Shown one piece after another: positions 1-8,125 of a stretch of 64,000 bases of DNA. Both the position numbers and the translations under genes were made by a program. The DNA lies in contig CAVSTP010000004.1 of the NCBI GenBank assembly GCA_963730935.1, forward strand, positions 1,600,001 through 1,664,000, given 5' to 3'. Positions within the stretch are counted from its first letter, which is position 1. Every line of letters starts with the position of its first letter. Under the pieces are notes generated by a model that was not told the DNA's origin, ran no database searches, and worked only from the letters and a program-made list of their open reading frames with translations. Origin of the DNA: an uncultured Nitrospiraceae bacterium (lineage in GTDB: Bacteria > Nitrospirota > Nitrospiria > Nitrospirales > Nitrospiraceae).

Positions 1-1
1 C

Positions 2-1189
2 TTGACGCTGTTTCTTATCTTGCGTGCCTTTGCAGCAGGTTGTGCGGCGGTCACCGGAATGGAAGTGATTTCGAACGGCGTCAAAGCCTTTCGTCCACCG
101 GAATCCGGGAATGCCGCCACCACCATGGTGTGGATGTCCGTCATCCTCGGATCGCTGTTCATGGGCATCAGCTTGATGGCCTACCATTACGGCATCATCC
201 CGAAGGAGGATGAGACCGTGGTCTCACAACTGGCCCGCCTGACGTTCGGGAGCGGTCTTGTCTATTACGTGATCCAAGTGGGAACCATGATGCTACTCGT
301 GCTGGCGGCCAACAGCGCCTTCGCCGGCTTCCCTCATTTGGCATCTATTTTGGCGAGGGACGGGTTTATGCCCCATCAGATGGCCACGTTCGGCGATCGC
401 CTGGTCTTCTCCAACGGCATCATTATTTTAGGATTCTTTGCCTGTGTTCTGCTCGTGATCTTCCAAGGCGACACCCACGCCCTCATTCCACTGTATGCCA
501 TCGGCGTCTTCGCGTCGTTCACCTTGTCCCAGGCCGGGATGGTCCGCCGTTGGCTGGCGAAGAAGGGATTGCACTGGCGGAAGAAATTGATCGTCAACGG
601 AATCGGCGCCATCACGACGGGCATCGCCACAACCATCATCGCCTCGACCAAATTCATGCAAGGGGCCTGGATTGTCTTTTTGCTCGTCGCAGCCCTCATT
701 ATGATGTTCCGGGCCATCCGCTCTCACTATAAGGCCGTCGCCGAGCAAGTCCAATTGACCCGGGACGCCCGTCCACCGCGCCCGCGCCGTAACCTCATCC
801 TCATTCCCATTGGCGCGGTCAACAAGGCGGTCGTGCGAGCCGTCGATTATGCGAGAAGCCGGGGAGGCGAAGTGCGTGCGGTGCTCATCGATGTAGACAA
901 AGAAGAAACGGCCGTTGTGGAAATGAAATGGGCGCAATGGGGCTGCGGCGTTCCGTTGATCGTATTGCCCTCTCCCTACCGGTCGATCTTGGGCGCGCTG
1001 ATGGACTATGTTGAAGAGAACCTCGACAAAGATCCGGAATGCTGGATTACTGTGGTCCTGCCGGAGATTCTGCCGGCCCGCTGGTGGCAGAATATTTTGC
1101 ACAATCAACGGGCGTTGCTGCTCAAAGGCGCCCTCTTGTTCAAAGATCGCGTCGTGTTGACCGACGTCCCCTTCCACCTGACGAGGTAA
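2..1189 (+). CDS. APC-family permease, YdaO/KimA-like (5' end outside window)
   Basis: Multiple TM helices with AGCAAVTGMEVISNG, AANSAFAGFP, LIPLYAIGVF and a cytoplasmic C-domain (SPYRS...WWQNILHNQ) typical of the YdaO/KimA family. Confidence 0.85.
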   Translation: MTLFLILRAFAAGCAAVTGMEVISNGVKAFRPPESGNAATTMVWMSVILGSLFMGISLMAYHYGIIPKEDETVVSQLARLTFGSGLVYYVIQVGTMMLLVLAANSAFAGFPHLASILARDGFMPHQMATFGDRLVFSNGIIILGFFACVLLVIFQGDTHALIPLYAIGVFASFTLSQAGMVRRWLAKKGLHWRKKLIVNGIGAITTGIATTIIASTKFMQGAWIVFLLVAALIMMFRAIRSHYKAVAEQVQLTRDARPPRPRRNLILIPIGAVNKAVVRAVDYARSRGGEVRAVLIDVDKEETAVVEMKWAQWGCGVPLIVLPSPYRSILGALMDYVEENLDKDPECWITVVLPEILPARWWQNILHNQRALLLKGALLFKDRVVLTDVPFHLTR

Positions 1190-1191
1190 TC

Positions 1192-2310
1192 ATGAGCCAA
1201 CGGCCATACAGTGTGAGGCATCTAGGGCGTTGGACTTCCTATGTGGTCCTGTGCGGGAGCGTGCTCATGGCTAGTGCGCCGGTGCACGCCTTTACGATCA
1301 CGGAACCTGCGCCAGGTGCGAAGCTGGCAGCCGGACAAACGGTGACCGCTCACGTGGACCTCGGAAACGACATTGGTATCGTCAAGGTCCGGTATTATTG
1401 GTACCGTGAGCAGGACGAGACTCTCGTTCAGCAAGATGAAACCGACTCCGGACCGTCGAAGTCCGGTGCCAAAATCTCAATGGACAAGTTCCTTCAAAAG
1501 GACAGCGTGGTCGGCGGTTCCGTGGTCTCGCTGCCGGTGCTCGTCTCTACCGGAGACATGGACCCGGCCTTCGGCGGTCCTCTCAAGGTTCCCTCGGATG
1601 CCATCGGACCAATGCGGTTGCTCGCCGTGGCCGATATCTCGCGCGGCCGGCTCGGCACCAGAACCGTTTTCGACGAGATCACCGTAAATAGCGAACCCAA
1701 AGCTCAGCTTCAGACCATTGATTTTGAAACGGACAAGCCCTTGCTGCTCGGACGGGAGGGTCAATCCGCCACTTACGGCCAGGTGGATGTCCTCGGCAAG
1801 ATCTTCGAACTTCCGGTCGTCGGCGATTTTGACGACAGCGTGTCGAGACCGCTCACAGCCCCGTCATCGGGAACCAGCTATCACTCGTCCAATGACAAGG
1901 TCATCCAGGTCCTCCCGGACGGCATGCTCAAAATCGTCGGGAATGGGAAAACCGTGTTGACGGTGAAGAACCGGGGGAAAGAAGCATCGTTGGACGTCCA
2001 CGTGGCGGTGGGTGACGAACCTAACGAGCCGCCGGTTGCAGTGGCAGGAGCCGACCGCACGGTGAAATCGGGCGCGAAGGTGGAGTTGAACGGCTTGGGC
2101 AGCCACGACCCTGAAGGCGAAGCGCTATTTTATACCTGGAGCCAGGTCCGGGGAGCGAAAGTGCCGCTCCTGGATCTCAACATGCCGAAGGCTTCCTTCC
2201 TCGCACCCTCGGTCTCAGAGCCGAAACTCTTCCGCTTCAGATTGCGAGTGACGGATAAAAAGGGGGCGGACAGCATGCCGGCGTTTGTGGACGTGACGGT
2301 CGAACCATAG
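1192..2310 (+). CDS. Secreted Ig-like/PKD-domain protein
   Basis: ATG 2 nt after the upstream stop; signal peptide ending APVHA; Big-2-like segment (YHSSNDKVIQVLPDG) and C-terminal PKD-like domain (NEPPVAVAG...SHDPEG...YTWSQ...FRLRVTD). Confidence 0.75.
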   Translation: MSQRPYSVRHLGRWTSYVVLCGSVLMASAPVHAFTITEPAPGAKLAAGQTVTAHVDLGNDIGIVKVRYYWYREQDETLVQQDETDSGPSKSGAKISMDKFLQKDSVVGGSVVSLPVLVSTGDMDPAFGGPLKVPSDAIGPMRLLAVADISRGRLGTRTVFDEITVNSEPKAQLQTIDFETDKPLLLGREGQSATYGQVDVLGKIFELPVVGDFDDSVSRPLTAPSSGTSYHSSNDKVIQVLPDGMLKIVGNGKTVLTVKNRGKEASLDVHVAVGDEPNEPPVAVAGADRTVKSGAKVELNGLGSHDPEGEALFYTWSQVRGAKVPLLDLNMPKASFLAPSVSEPKLFRFRLRVTDKKGADSMPAFVDVTVEP

Positions 2311-2319
2311 ACGCCCCTA

Positions 2320-2447
2320 ATCAGAGAACTTGCGGGTCCTGTCACGGCAAACAGCCCCACCATGCTCGCACCCCCGCCCGGTGGGGGTCCCTCGCTCCGC
2401 GCGGTGGGGCGCCCCGTTTGCCGCGCCACCCGCAGATAGCGGCTGAT
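2320..2447. repeat. Long imperfect palindrome (REP/MITE-like element or structured RNA) between convergent genes
   Basis: Nested complementary arms ATCAG/CTGAT, TGCGGGT/ACCCGCA, CGGCAAAC/GTTTGCCG, GCCCCACC/GGTGGGGC, ACCCCC/GGGGGT. Confidence 0.7.
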
Positions 2448-2588
2448 ATTTCCTGCCACCCTATCTCGAAGTTAATGCGACTGTTAACCCACAAGTCACC
2501 GGCACACATTAACAGAGCAAGAGAGTTGAAGCAGATGGCGAGAGAGAGCTAGATGGTAACGACACCCCCAGAGAACCCGGAGAGGAGC

Positions 2589-4157
2589 TTATTTTGAGCC
2601 GAGCTCTCGCTCGAAGCCCGGCAAGATGGCTTTAAAGAACGCGTTTTGGATGAGGCCGATGACGATCTGGATAATCTCGGTCTGAGGCCGGTTCGTCCGT
2701 CCCGAAACATTCGCTTTGGTCGCGACTTCCTGACGCGGGACGTTTTCCAGGAAGGCCGAGAGGTCTTCGATCGCGCCCTCTTTGACCTTGTCCAACGCCG
2801 GCTTGTCGCGATCCTGTGCCTGATCATAGACCTTGAGTTTCCTGACCAACGGCTTCACATAGCCTCGGATGGAACCGTCATCGAGTCTGATATCCGCGTA
2901 GCAGGAGAAGACTCCTCCCACGACATCAAACTTGCCATAGGCTCGCAACAGATTATTCATTGAGCGGATTTGCGTGTCGGCGATTTTGATTTTGAGCTCA
3001 ATATCCGGAGAGTCCCCTGGCGGACGCATGATGGCGGAGATCTGGGTTTCACCCGTCCCCATGAATTTCCCGCGGATAGCCATCGACGCCGGCCCCTCGC
3101 GCAACTGGTTGCTGTAGTGCTCCAGCGTGACGTCGGCATCCGTGAGGTAGACCCGGTACTCAGGCGTCGCGGCCTGATTGACAAACCCGAGCTCGGCACC
3201 GTCAATGCGGATCTGCTCGACGCGCACGAGGGTGTCTTCGTTCGCATTGATCGATTTCGCGGTGTTGACCGTCGCCTTGGCTCTTGCGGCTTCTGCCCGT
3301 TTCGTCTGTGCGGCATGCACGTAGTCCATATGCAGCCCGTCGATAGTGAGGTGCTTCAAGTTCACCACCTTCACCGACGGACTATATTCGACCGACCCTT
3401 CCGCCGACATCGTGCCGCCGCTGAGCTGCACGTTGTATCGGGCCGTCACCGGAATCAATGTCCCTAACGAGACGCCGTCCATCACGATATCGGCTTTCAC
3501 GGCTACGTGCGGTTCGGCGAGAAAGTCGGCGCGTCCGTCGAGGCGGATTGTTCCGGATTCGAAGAGTGTGCCTTTCAACCAGAACTCCGAGGGATAGTCC
3601 TGACCGGCAGATTGTACGTTGCGGATGTTGGAGGCATAGAGATTCATGTGGCGTATGCGAAGCGGCTGTTCGGGCTTCGCTTCATCGAGGTATATCAGTT
3701 CGGCGTCCGTGATCGTGACCTGATTGATCTTGAACGGGTACACGCTTTCCACCGCATCCTGCCAGCCGCGGTCTTTGACAGCCCTGTCGCTGCCGGTTTC
3801 CTGCCTCGCGAGTGTCCTGGTAAGGTGAAATCTGGGCCGTTCGATCTCATGGTCGTTAACCAAACGTCCGGACAAGAGCGCCCTCCAATGGACGCTCGCC
3901 GACCAGCGTGCAACCGTGGCCACCGGAGGATCCGGCTCACCCGTACGCACGAGTCGGATGTCGTGCAGATCCAGTGAAGCTCCGATAGGATGAAAATCCA
4001 GCGCGCCGATGTGCACCCTGTAGCCCTTGAGGCTCCGGTTCATTTTCTGCTCCACATAGGCGCGCAATGGCTCATCGATCAACAGGGCGGCCGCAAGAAG
4101 CACCACCAAAAGTGCGGCGACTCCCACCAGGAGCTTTGTCACAACACGCGTCACCAT
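2589..4157 (-). CDS. DUF748/AsmA-like protein
   Basis: N-terminal TM anchor, two repeated beta-rich modules, C-terminal LIQNAFFKAILPGF typical of DUF748 proteins. Confidence 0.75.
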   Translation of the reverse strand: MVTRVVTKLLVGVAALLVVLLAAALLIDEPLRAYVEQKMNRSLKGYRVHIGALDFHPIGASLDLHDIRLVRTGEPDPPVATVARWSASVHWRALLSGRLVNDHEIERPRFHLTRTLARQETGSDRAVKDRGWQDAVESVYPFKINQVTITDAELIYLDEAKPEQPLRIRHMNLYASNIRNVQSAGQDYPSEFWLKGTLFESGTIRLDGRADFLAEPHVAVKADIVMDGVSLGTLIPVTARYNVQLSGGTMSAEGSVEYSPSVKVVNLKHLTIDGLHMDYVHAAQTKRAEAARAKATVNTAKSINANEDTLVRVEQIRIDGAELGFVNQAATPEYRVYLTDADVTLEHYSNQLREGPASMAIRGKFMGTGETQISAIMRPPGDSPDIELKIKIADTQIRSMNNLLRAYGKFDVVGGVFSCYADIRLDDGSIRGYVKPLVRKLKVYDQAQDRDKPALDKVKEGAIEDLSAFLENVPRQEVATKANVSGRTNRPQTEIIQIVIGLIQNAFFKAILPGFERELGSK

Positions 4158-4232
4158 AGCCGCCCTCCGCCCCCAGTGTAGCGGCCGGTAGACCTCGGCG
4201 GAGCTAGGGGAACATGCAGGTTGGGTGGCTGC

Positions 4233-5795
4233 TTACGCTTGGTCGAGCCTCATCGGACCGTACGTGTGGCGGGCTTGACGGAGTTCGAAGAGATGCCGAC
4301 GCAAGGAGGGGCCATGCAGCGACGCAAGCACTGTCCGGCGGTGGTGAGACATGTGCTGTTCCGCCTTCGCAATGGCCTCTTCGAGGTGTTTAACCAGACG
4401 GGCCCCCGAGGCTGTCATCCATTTGAGATGCCGCCCGGCATACTCGAGGTCGCCCAGCGAGTAGCGGACTGATTCGATTTCTTCCAGACAGCGGAAGCGT
4501 GCGCGAAGGAGGTGCCGCGCAGTGAGCCCTGCTTTCCGCCATTGCCTTTTGCCCTGCGCAGTCTCGGCCCATGCCGACAGCCTCGCGAAGAGCAGCGCAC
4601 CCATCGTGAAGGTAAACGTGGCATGAAGGATCCCCCGAATGGGCCGCAGGCTCCTCCGCCAGGGCGAGTAAAAGATCTGCTGGTTGCGGTCGCCGTGATA
4701 GAGGACATGCTTCCGCAAGAGCAGATTGAGATGGTGATGACTGTTTTCATGGATCAAATCGTCGATGAGGTCGAGGTTGTCACGGTCGAAGCAGTTGATG
4801 AATGAAAGGCCGGGCCGATGACGGTAACTAAAGCTGACGATGCCGGGAGCCTTGAGCGGTATGACACGTGACGTGAGGAGCCTCAGCAATGCGTGGCCTT
4901 CCGGCCAGGCCAGTTCGATCGTCTGACATGCCCGGCCGAGACGGGCGATCTGCTTGGTCTCGGTGGCTGAAAGCGCCTTCGGCTGACGGGCCTTCCCATA
5001 ACGGAGCGTAGGGCCGACGGTGAGGAATCCCGACGGAACGGCGAGGGCGTCAGTCGCTTCCCGGCGCGACCAGTGCCAGTGCATGGCAGTTCCTCGCCAT
5101 GCGCAGAGAGGAAATGACCGGCCAGCGTGCAGTGCGATCTCATTGTTTCGCAGCACAAAGGTCACACGCCGCGACCGTCGCCCAATGGCCCTTCGGACGG
5201 AAGCGGGTGCAATCAGGGCGCTCCCGTCGATGCCGACCGGAACGGTATACGACTGTTCGGCCCGTTCATACGAGGACTCGAGGCGGCCGGACACGGCCCA
5301 GGAACGCCGACCCTGCCGATTTACCCATTCGAGCGCCCGTCGCGGATCGAAGAAGAGCGATTCCTGGGTGATCTCGAGGGACAGTCGCTTGCACAACCAT
5401 TGCAGCCGTCCCGTCAGTCCATAGGACTGCGCCCGCCCGCGTGGAAATAATTCGTCAAGGTAGCTGTTTTCGAAAAAGTTTTCCTCACATTCCGCATAAA
5501 GCTGCTCGGCAAAGCCTCGCTGATCGCGATCGTGCCGGATCTGCACCAGAAGGTCGAGAAAATAGACCAGGTCGTTCAGCGCTTCAATCCATCCGACCAC
5601 TTTCCAATTCGAATAGAGCGTGCGATCCAAGCTCTGCGCCAGAAACCGAAAATAGTCGACCGGAAGGTCGAGCTGATCCGCCAGATCTCCATAGTGACGC
5701 GCGATGTCTCGGCAGAGTCCAAGCAAGAGACTGCGCATCGATTGGCGGAATTCGACCTGCAAGCGGCTGAGTCCCGCCGCGCCGAGCCACGACAT
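4233..5795 (-). CDS. HEXXH-motif (alphaKG-HExxH type) protein, putative peptide/protein hydroxylase
   Basis: IHENSHHHL followed by FYSPWRRSLRPIRGILHA: HExxH, PWRxxxRP and a downstream His. Confidence 0.8.
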   Translation of the reverse strand: MSWLGAAGLSRLQVEFRQSMRSLLLGLCRDIARHYGDLADQLDLPVDYFRFLAQSLDRTLYSNWKVVGWIEALNDLVYFLDLLVQIRHDRDQRGFAEQLYAECEENFFENSYLDELFPRGRAQSYGLTGRLQWLCKRLSLEITQESLFFDPRRALEWVNRQGRRSWAVSGRLESSYERAEQSYTVPVGIDGSALIAPASVRRAIGRRSRRVTFVLRNNEIALHAGRSFPLCAWRGTAMHWHWSRREATDALAVPSGFLTVGPTLRYGKARQPKALSATETKQIARLGRACQTIELAWPEGHALLRLLTSRVIPLKAPGIVSFSYRHRPGLSFINCFDRDNLDLIDDLIHENSHHHLNLLLRKHVLYHGDRNQQIFYSPWRRSLRPIRGILHATFTFTMGALLFARLSAWAETAQGKRQWRKAGLTARHLLRARFRCLEEIESVRYSLGDLEYAGRHLKWMTASGARLVKHLEEAIAKAEQHMSHHRRTVLASLHGPSLRRHLFELRQARHTYGPMRLDQA

Positions 5796-5857
5796 CGTCT
5801 TCCTCGATGAATGGAACGGCGACTCTACCGGAGCGCGGCGGTGGCCGCAAGGAGAGG

Positions 5858-6499
5858 CTAGAACGATTTCGAGGGAAGATAGCCGGCGTCGTCGAGGCGG
5901 AGCTCGCGAACATGTCCCATGAAGTGGCGTGTGAATGACCGTTGGACCGAGTCTTCAAGCACCGGGCTTGTTCCTGTCACGATGAGAAAGGGTAGTTCAT
6001 CCTTCCACAACAAGTGCCCATCACTGTCGATCATGTAGAGAAACAGACGCCGCCGTTCATCGGTTTTCCACCCCCACTCGCTTGACCGTAACGACGTAGC
6101 GCCGATGACATATCCGTACAGAACCGCATCCACGGCAAGGCCACGTGACAGCTCACGCGCCCACAGTGCTCGCTCCCGATCTGGTGCGGCAACCCTCAAC
6201 GGACGCTGTGGCTCAGTGGGCGTCACGACTCGCAAGGCGGTTTCCCCTCTCAGAAGCTTGGTCAACCTTGCACCCATCTCCTCATCGCCATCGATGGGCA
6301 TCAGCGCCACGCTGTTCAAGGAAAGACCTTCAACAACCGCGGTGAAATGTTCCGTCGAGACCCATGATTCTTCGAAGGCCTGAAACTTGACATCGCTCGC
6401 TCTCATGGAATCGGCACCAACCGCTGCAACCCATGCGGCGGCGAGACAACCCTGTTGTAGGAAGGTCACTGATAGGATCAGGACCCCCAGAATCGTCAT
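5858..6499 (-). CDS. Hypothetical lipoprotein
   Basis: Hydrophobic N-terminus ending LQQGC; alpha/beta body (LAVDAVLYG) loosely like LpoB/CsgG-type folds; start could also be 6532 or 6538. Confidence 0.6.
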   Translation of the reverse strand: MTILGVLILSVTFLQQGCLAAAWVAAVGADSMRASDVKFQAFEESWVSTEHFTAVVEGLSLNSVALMPIDGDEEMGARLTKLLRGETALRVVTPTEPQRPLRVAAPDRERALWARELSRGLAVDAVLYGYVIGATSLRSSEWGWKTDERRRLFLYMIDSDGHLLWKDELPFLIVTGTSPVLEDSVQRSFTRHFMGHVRELRLDDAGYLPSKSF

Positions 6500-6544
6500 G
6501 TTGCACTCTCGAGCAGTACCTAATAGGTTCATGTCCACAATTCA

Positions 6545-6561
6545 CGCAAAAGGCATACCCT
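6545..6561 (-). promoter_or_regulatory. Possible sigma-54 (-24/-12) promoter
   Basis: Minus strand GGGTATGCCTTTTGCG gives GG-N10-GC with TTGC at -12, directly upstream of the lipoprotein gene. Confidence 0.45.
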
Positions 6562-6673
6562 TGGCCGTTGAGACGATGTAGTGGCCTACCTCCTGGTTTT
6601 TTCAGTAGTTCATGAACGCGCCTTCCCCACCTGGGGCAGTATTACCCTCCCGACGTACGCAAAAGGAGGCAGC

Positions 6674-6917
6674 ATGCACGGATTAAAGTAACGTGGCCTC
6701 CGCCTATGGCGCAGCGGGATCCTTGGTTCTTGTGCTGCTGTGGGTCTACTATTCGGCGCAGATCCTCTTATATGGTGCCGAGTTCACCCAGGTGTATGCG
6801 AACCGTATCGGTGATCGGATTGTTCCGGCTCCCGACGCGCGAGTGACGGATCCTCGGAAAGCGGATGCCGATCGGGCTGGACAAAAGCCGGCCCACGCTC
6901 CAGATCGTGCCGCCTAG
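6674..6917 (+). pseudogene. YihY/BrkB-family membrane protein remnant (internal deletion)
   Basis: AGGAGG plus ATG (MHGLK*) joined out of frame to the YihY C-terminal signature SNVASAYGAAGSLVLVLLWVYYSAQILLYGAEFTQVYA. Confidence 0.8.
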
Positions 6918-6977
6918 CTGGCCCGACAATGATTCATCCTGTAGGCCTGACCTCTCCGGACCCATCTTCATTCACGG

Positions 6978-7567
6978 ATGCCAAAGTCTCCCTTGCTTCC
7001 GCGTCTGCTGCAGGCGGGAAAAAACCGGATTTGGTATTGCCGCGAATCGCGCGTCTTCCGGTACCCGCTCGACCACACGCCGCTGCCACTCCCCACCATC
7101 TTTCGAAGAAACTGCCTCGGCCGCCCGATGCCTATCGGACGGTGGCAGTCGAGCGAGGGCAGAGGGCGTTCACCTATCACCTACGTCGAAGGCGGCCGCC
7201 TCCTGCGCTATTGCTGGCTCATCGAGCGCCAGACACGCGGGGAAGATGGTGGGTGGAGCACGTATGCTTTCCTCCTCCCGACACGGCCGTCCTATTTGAT
7301 CACTTTACGCATCCTCTCGCGAGAGGCCGCGGACTGTACCTTCAAGCCATATGCCGGCTCTTACACGACGCACGGGGAAGTGGCAGGCGCCCGCCAGGCC
7401 TATGTCACTTTCGGCTCAAACGGCCCATCGCGGCACGTGATCGAAAAAGTGGGATTCCAGCAGTGAGATTCCAGCACGAAGGTAGCTTGTTCAAGGAGCG
7501 ACGGCTGGTTTGGTCAAGACCCTATGCGGTCAGCGCAGGTGGTCCGTTCCCGACCGCGTTGCTCTGA
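6978..7567 (+). pseudogene. Frameshifted GNAT-family acetyltransferase
   Basis: GNAT-like pieces split across two frames (GRLLRYCW; LFDHFTHPLARGRGLY; SNGPSRHVIEKVGF); small duplications at two frame breaks. Confidence 0.7.
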
Positions 7568-7591
7568 GGGCTGTATATGCCACCGGCAGCT

Positions 7592-7855
7592 TCAAGTTGC
7601 ACGCGTCGAGCGCGCGCGCTGACGCTGACGACGCGTCCGGGCTGGAGCGAGAGACGGGGCAGGGGGACCGGACGCTGCGCTGTTCGGCAATCGCTTGACG
7701 GACAACAAGAGCTGTGCCCGCCGGATTGCGTCCAGCAACGCTTGTCGTTCCACTTCCAGACGCTTAACGCGCGGCGAGCGGTTCACAAAACGCTCGGCGG
7801 CGTTGGTAATCCCTTCAAACGATTCCCATGGATCCTGTGAAGGACGAGGTTTCAT
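7592..7855 (-). CDS. Small hypothetical basic protein
   Basis: Purine-rich RBS (GGAGAAGGGAAG) before ATG; helical-looking core; no family recognised. Confidence 0.35.
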   Translation of the reverse strand: MKPRPSQDPWESFEGITNAAERFVNRSPRVKRLEVERQALLDAIRRAQLLLSVKRLPNSAASGPPAPSLAPARTRRQRQRARSTRAT

Positions 7856-8125
7856 AGGCTTCCCCTTCTCCCTACCTGCCAACCCGCCAACAAGTGAACT
7901 AAAAGGTTCCCTAGTTGAGAGACCGAGTGCTCAAGTCCTTAGGCTAATGGCTTCATACGCCAGGCGGTCGACACCCAAGAATCAGGGGTGTGCCTAGTGG
8001 TTGGGCTCACTCCGAGGCACTAGAGTCAGAGATTGATACGCCCTCGCCGTCTTGGCAGCTGAAGGCTCTCGAGCGTTTTCACGGCAATCCGGGCAGATCA
8101 TTGTCTCATCTAAATGGAGGTTTCT

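Noticed and set aside
4158..4232. Possible RiPP precursor next to the HExxH gene
   Set aside because: The gap is only 75 bp with no RBS-led ORF; the 5796-5857 gap is likewise empty
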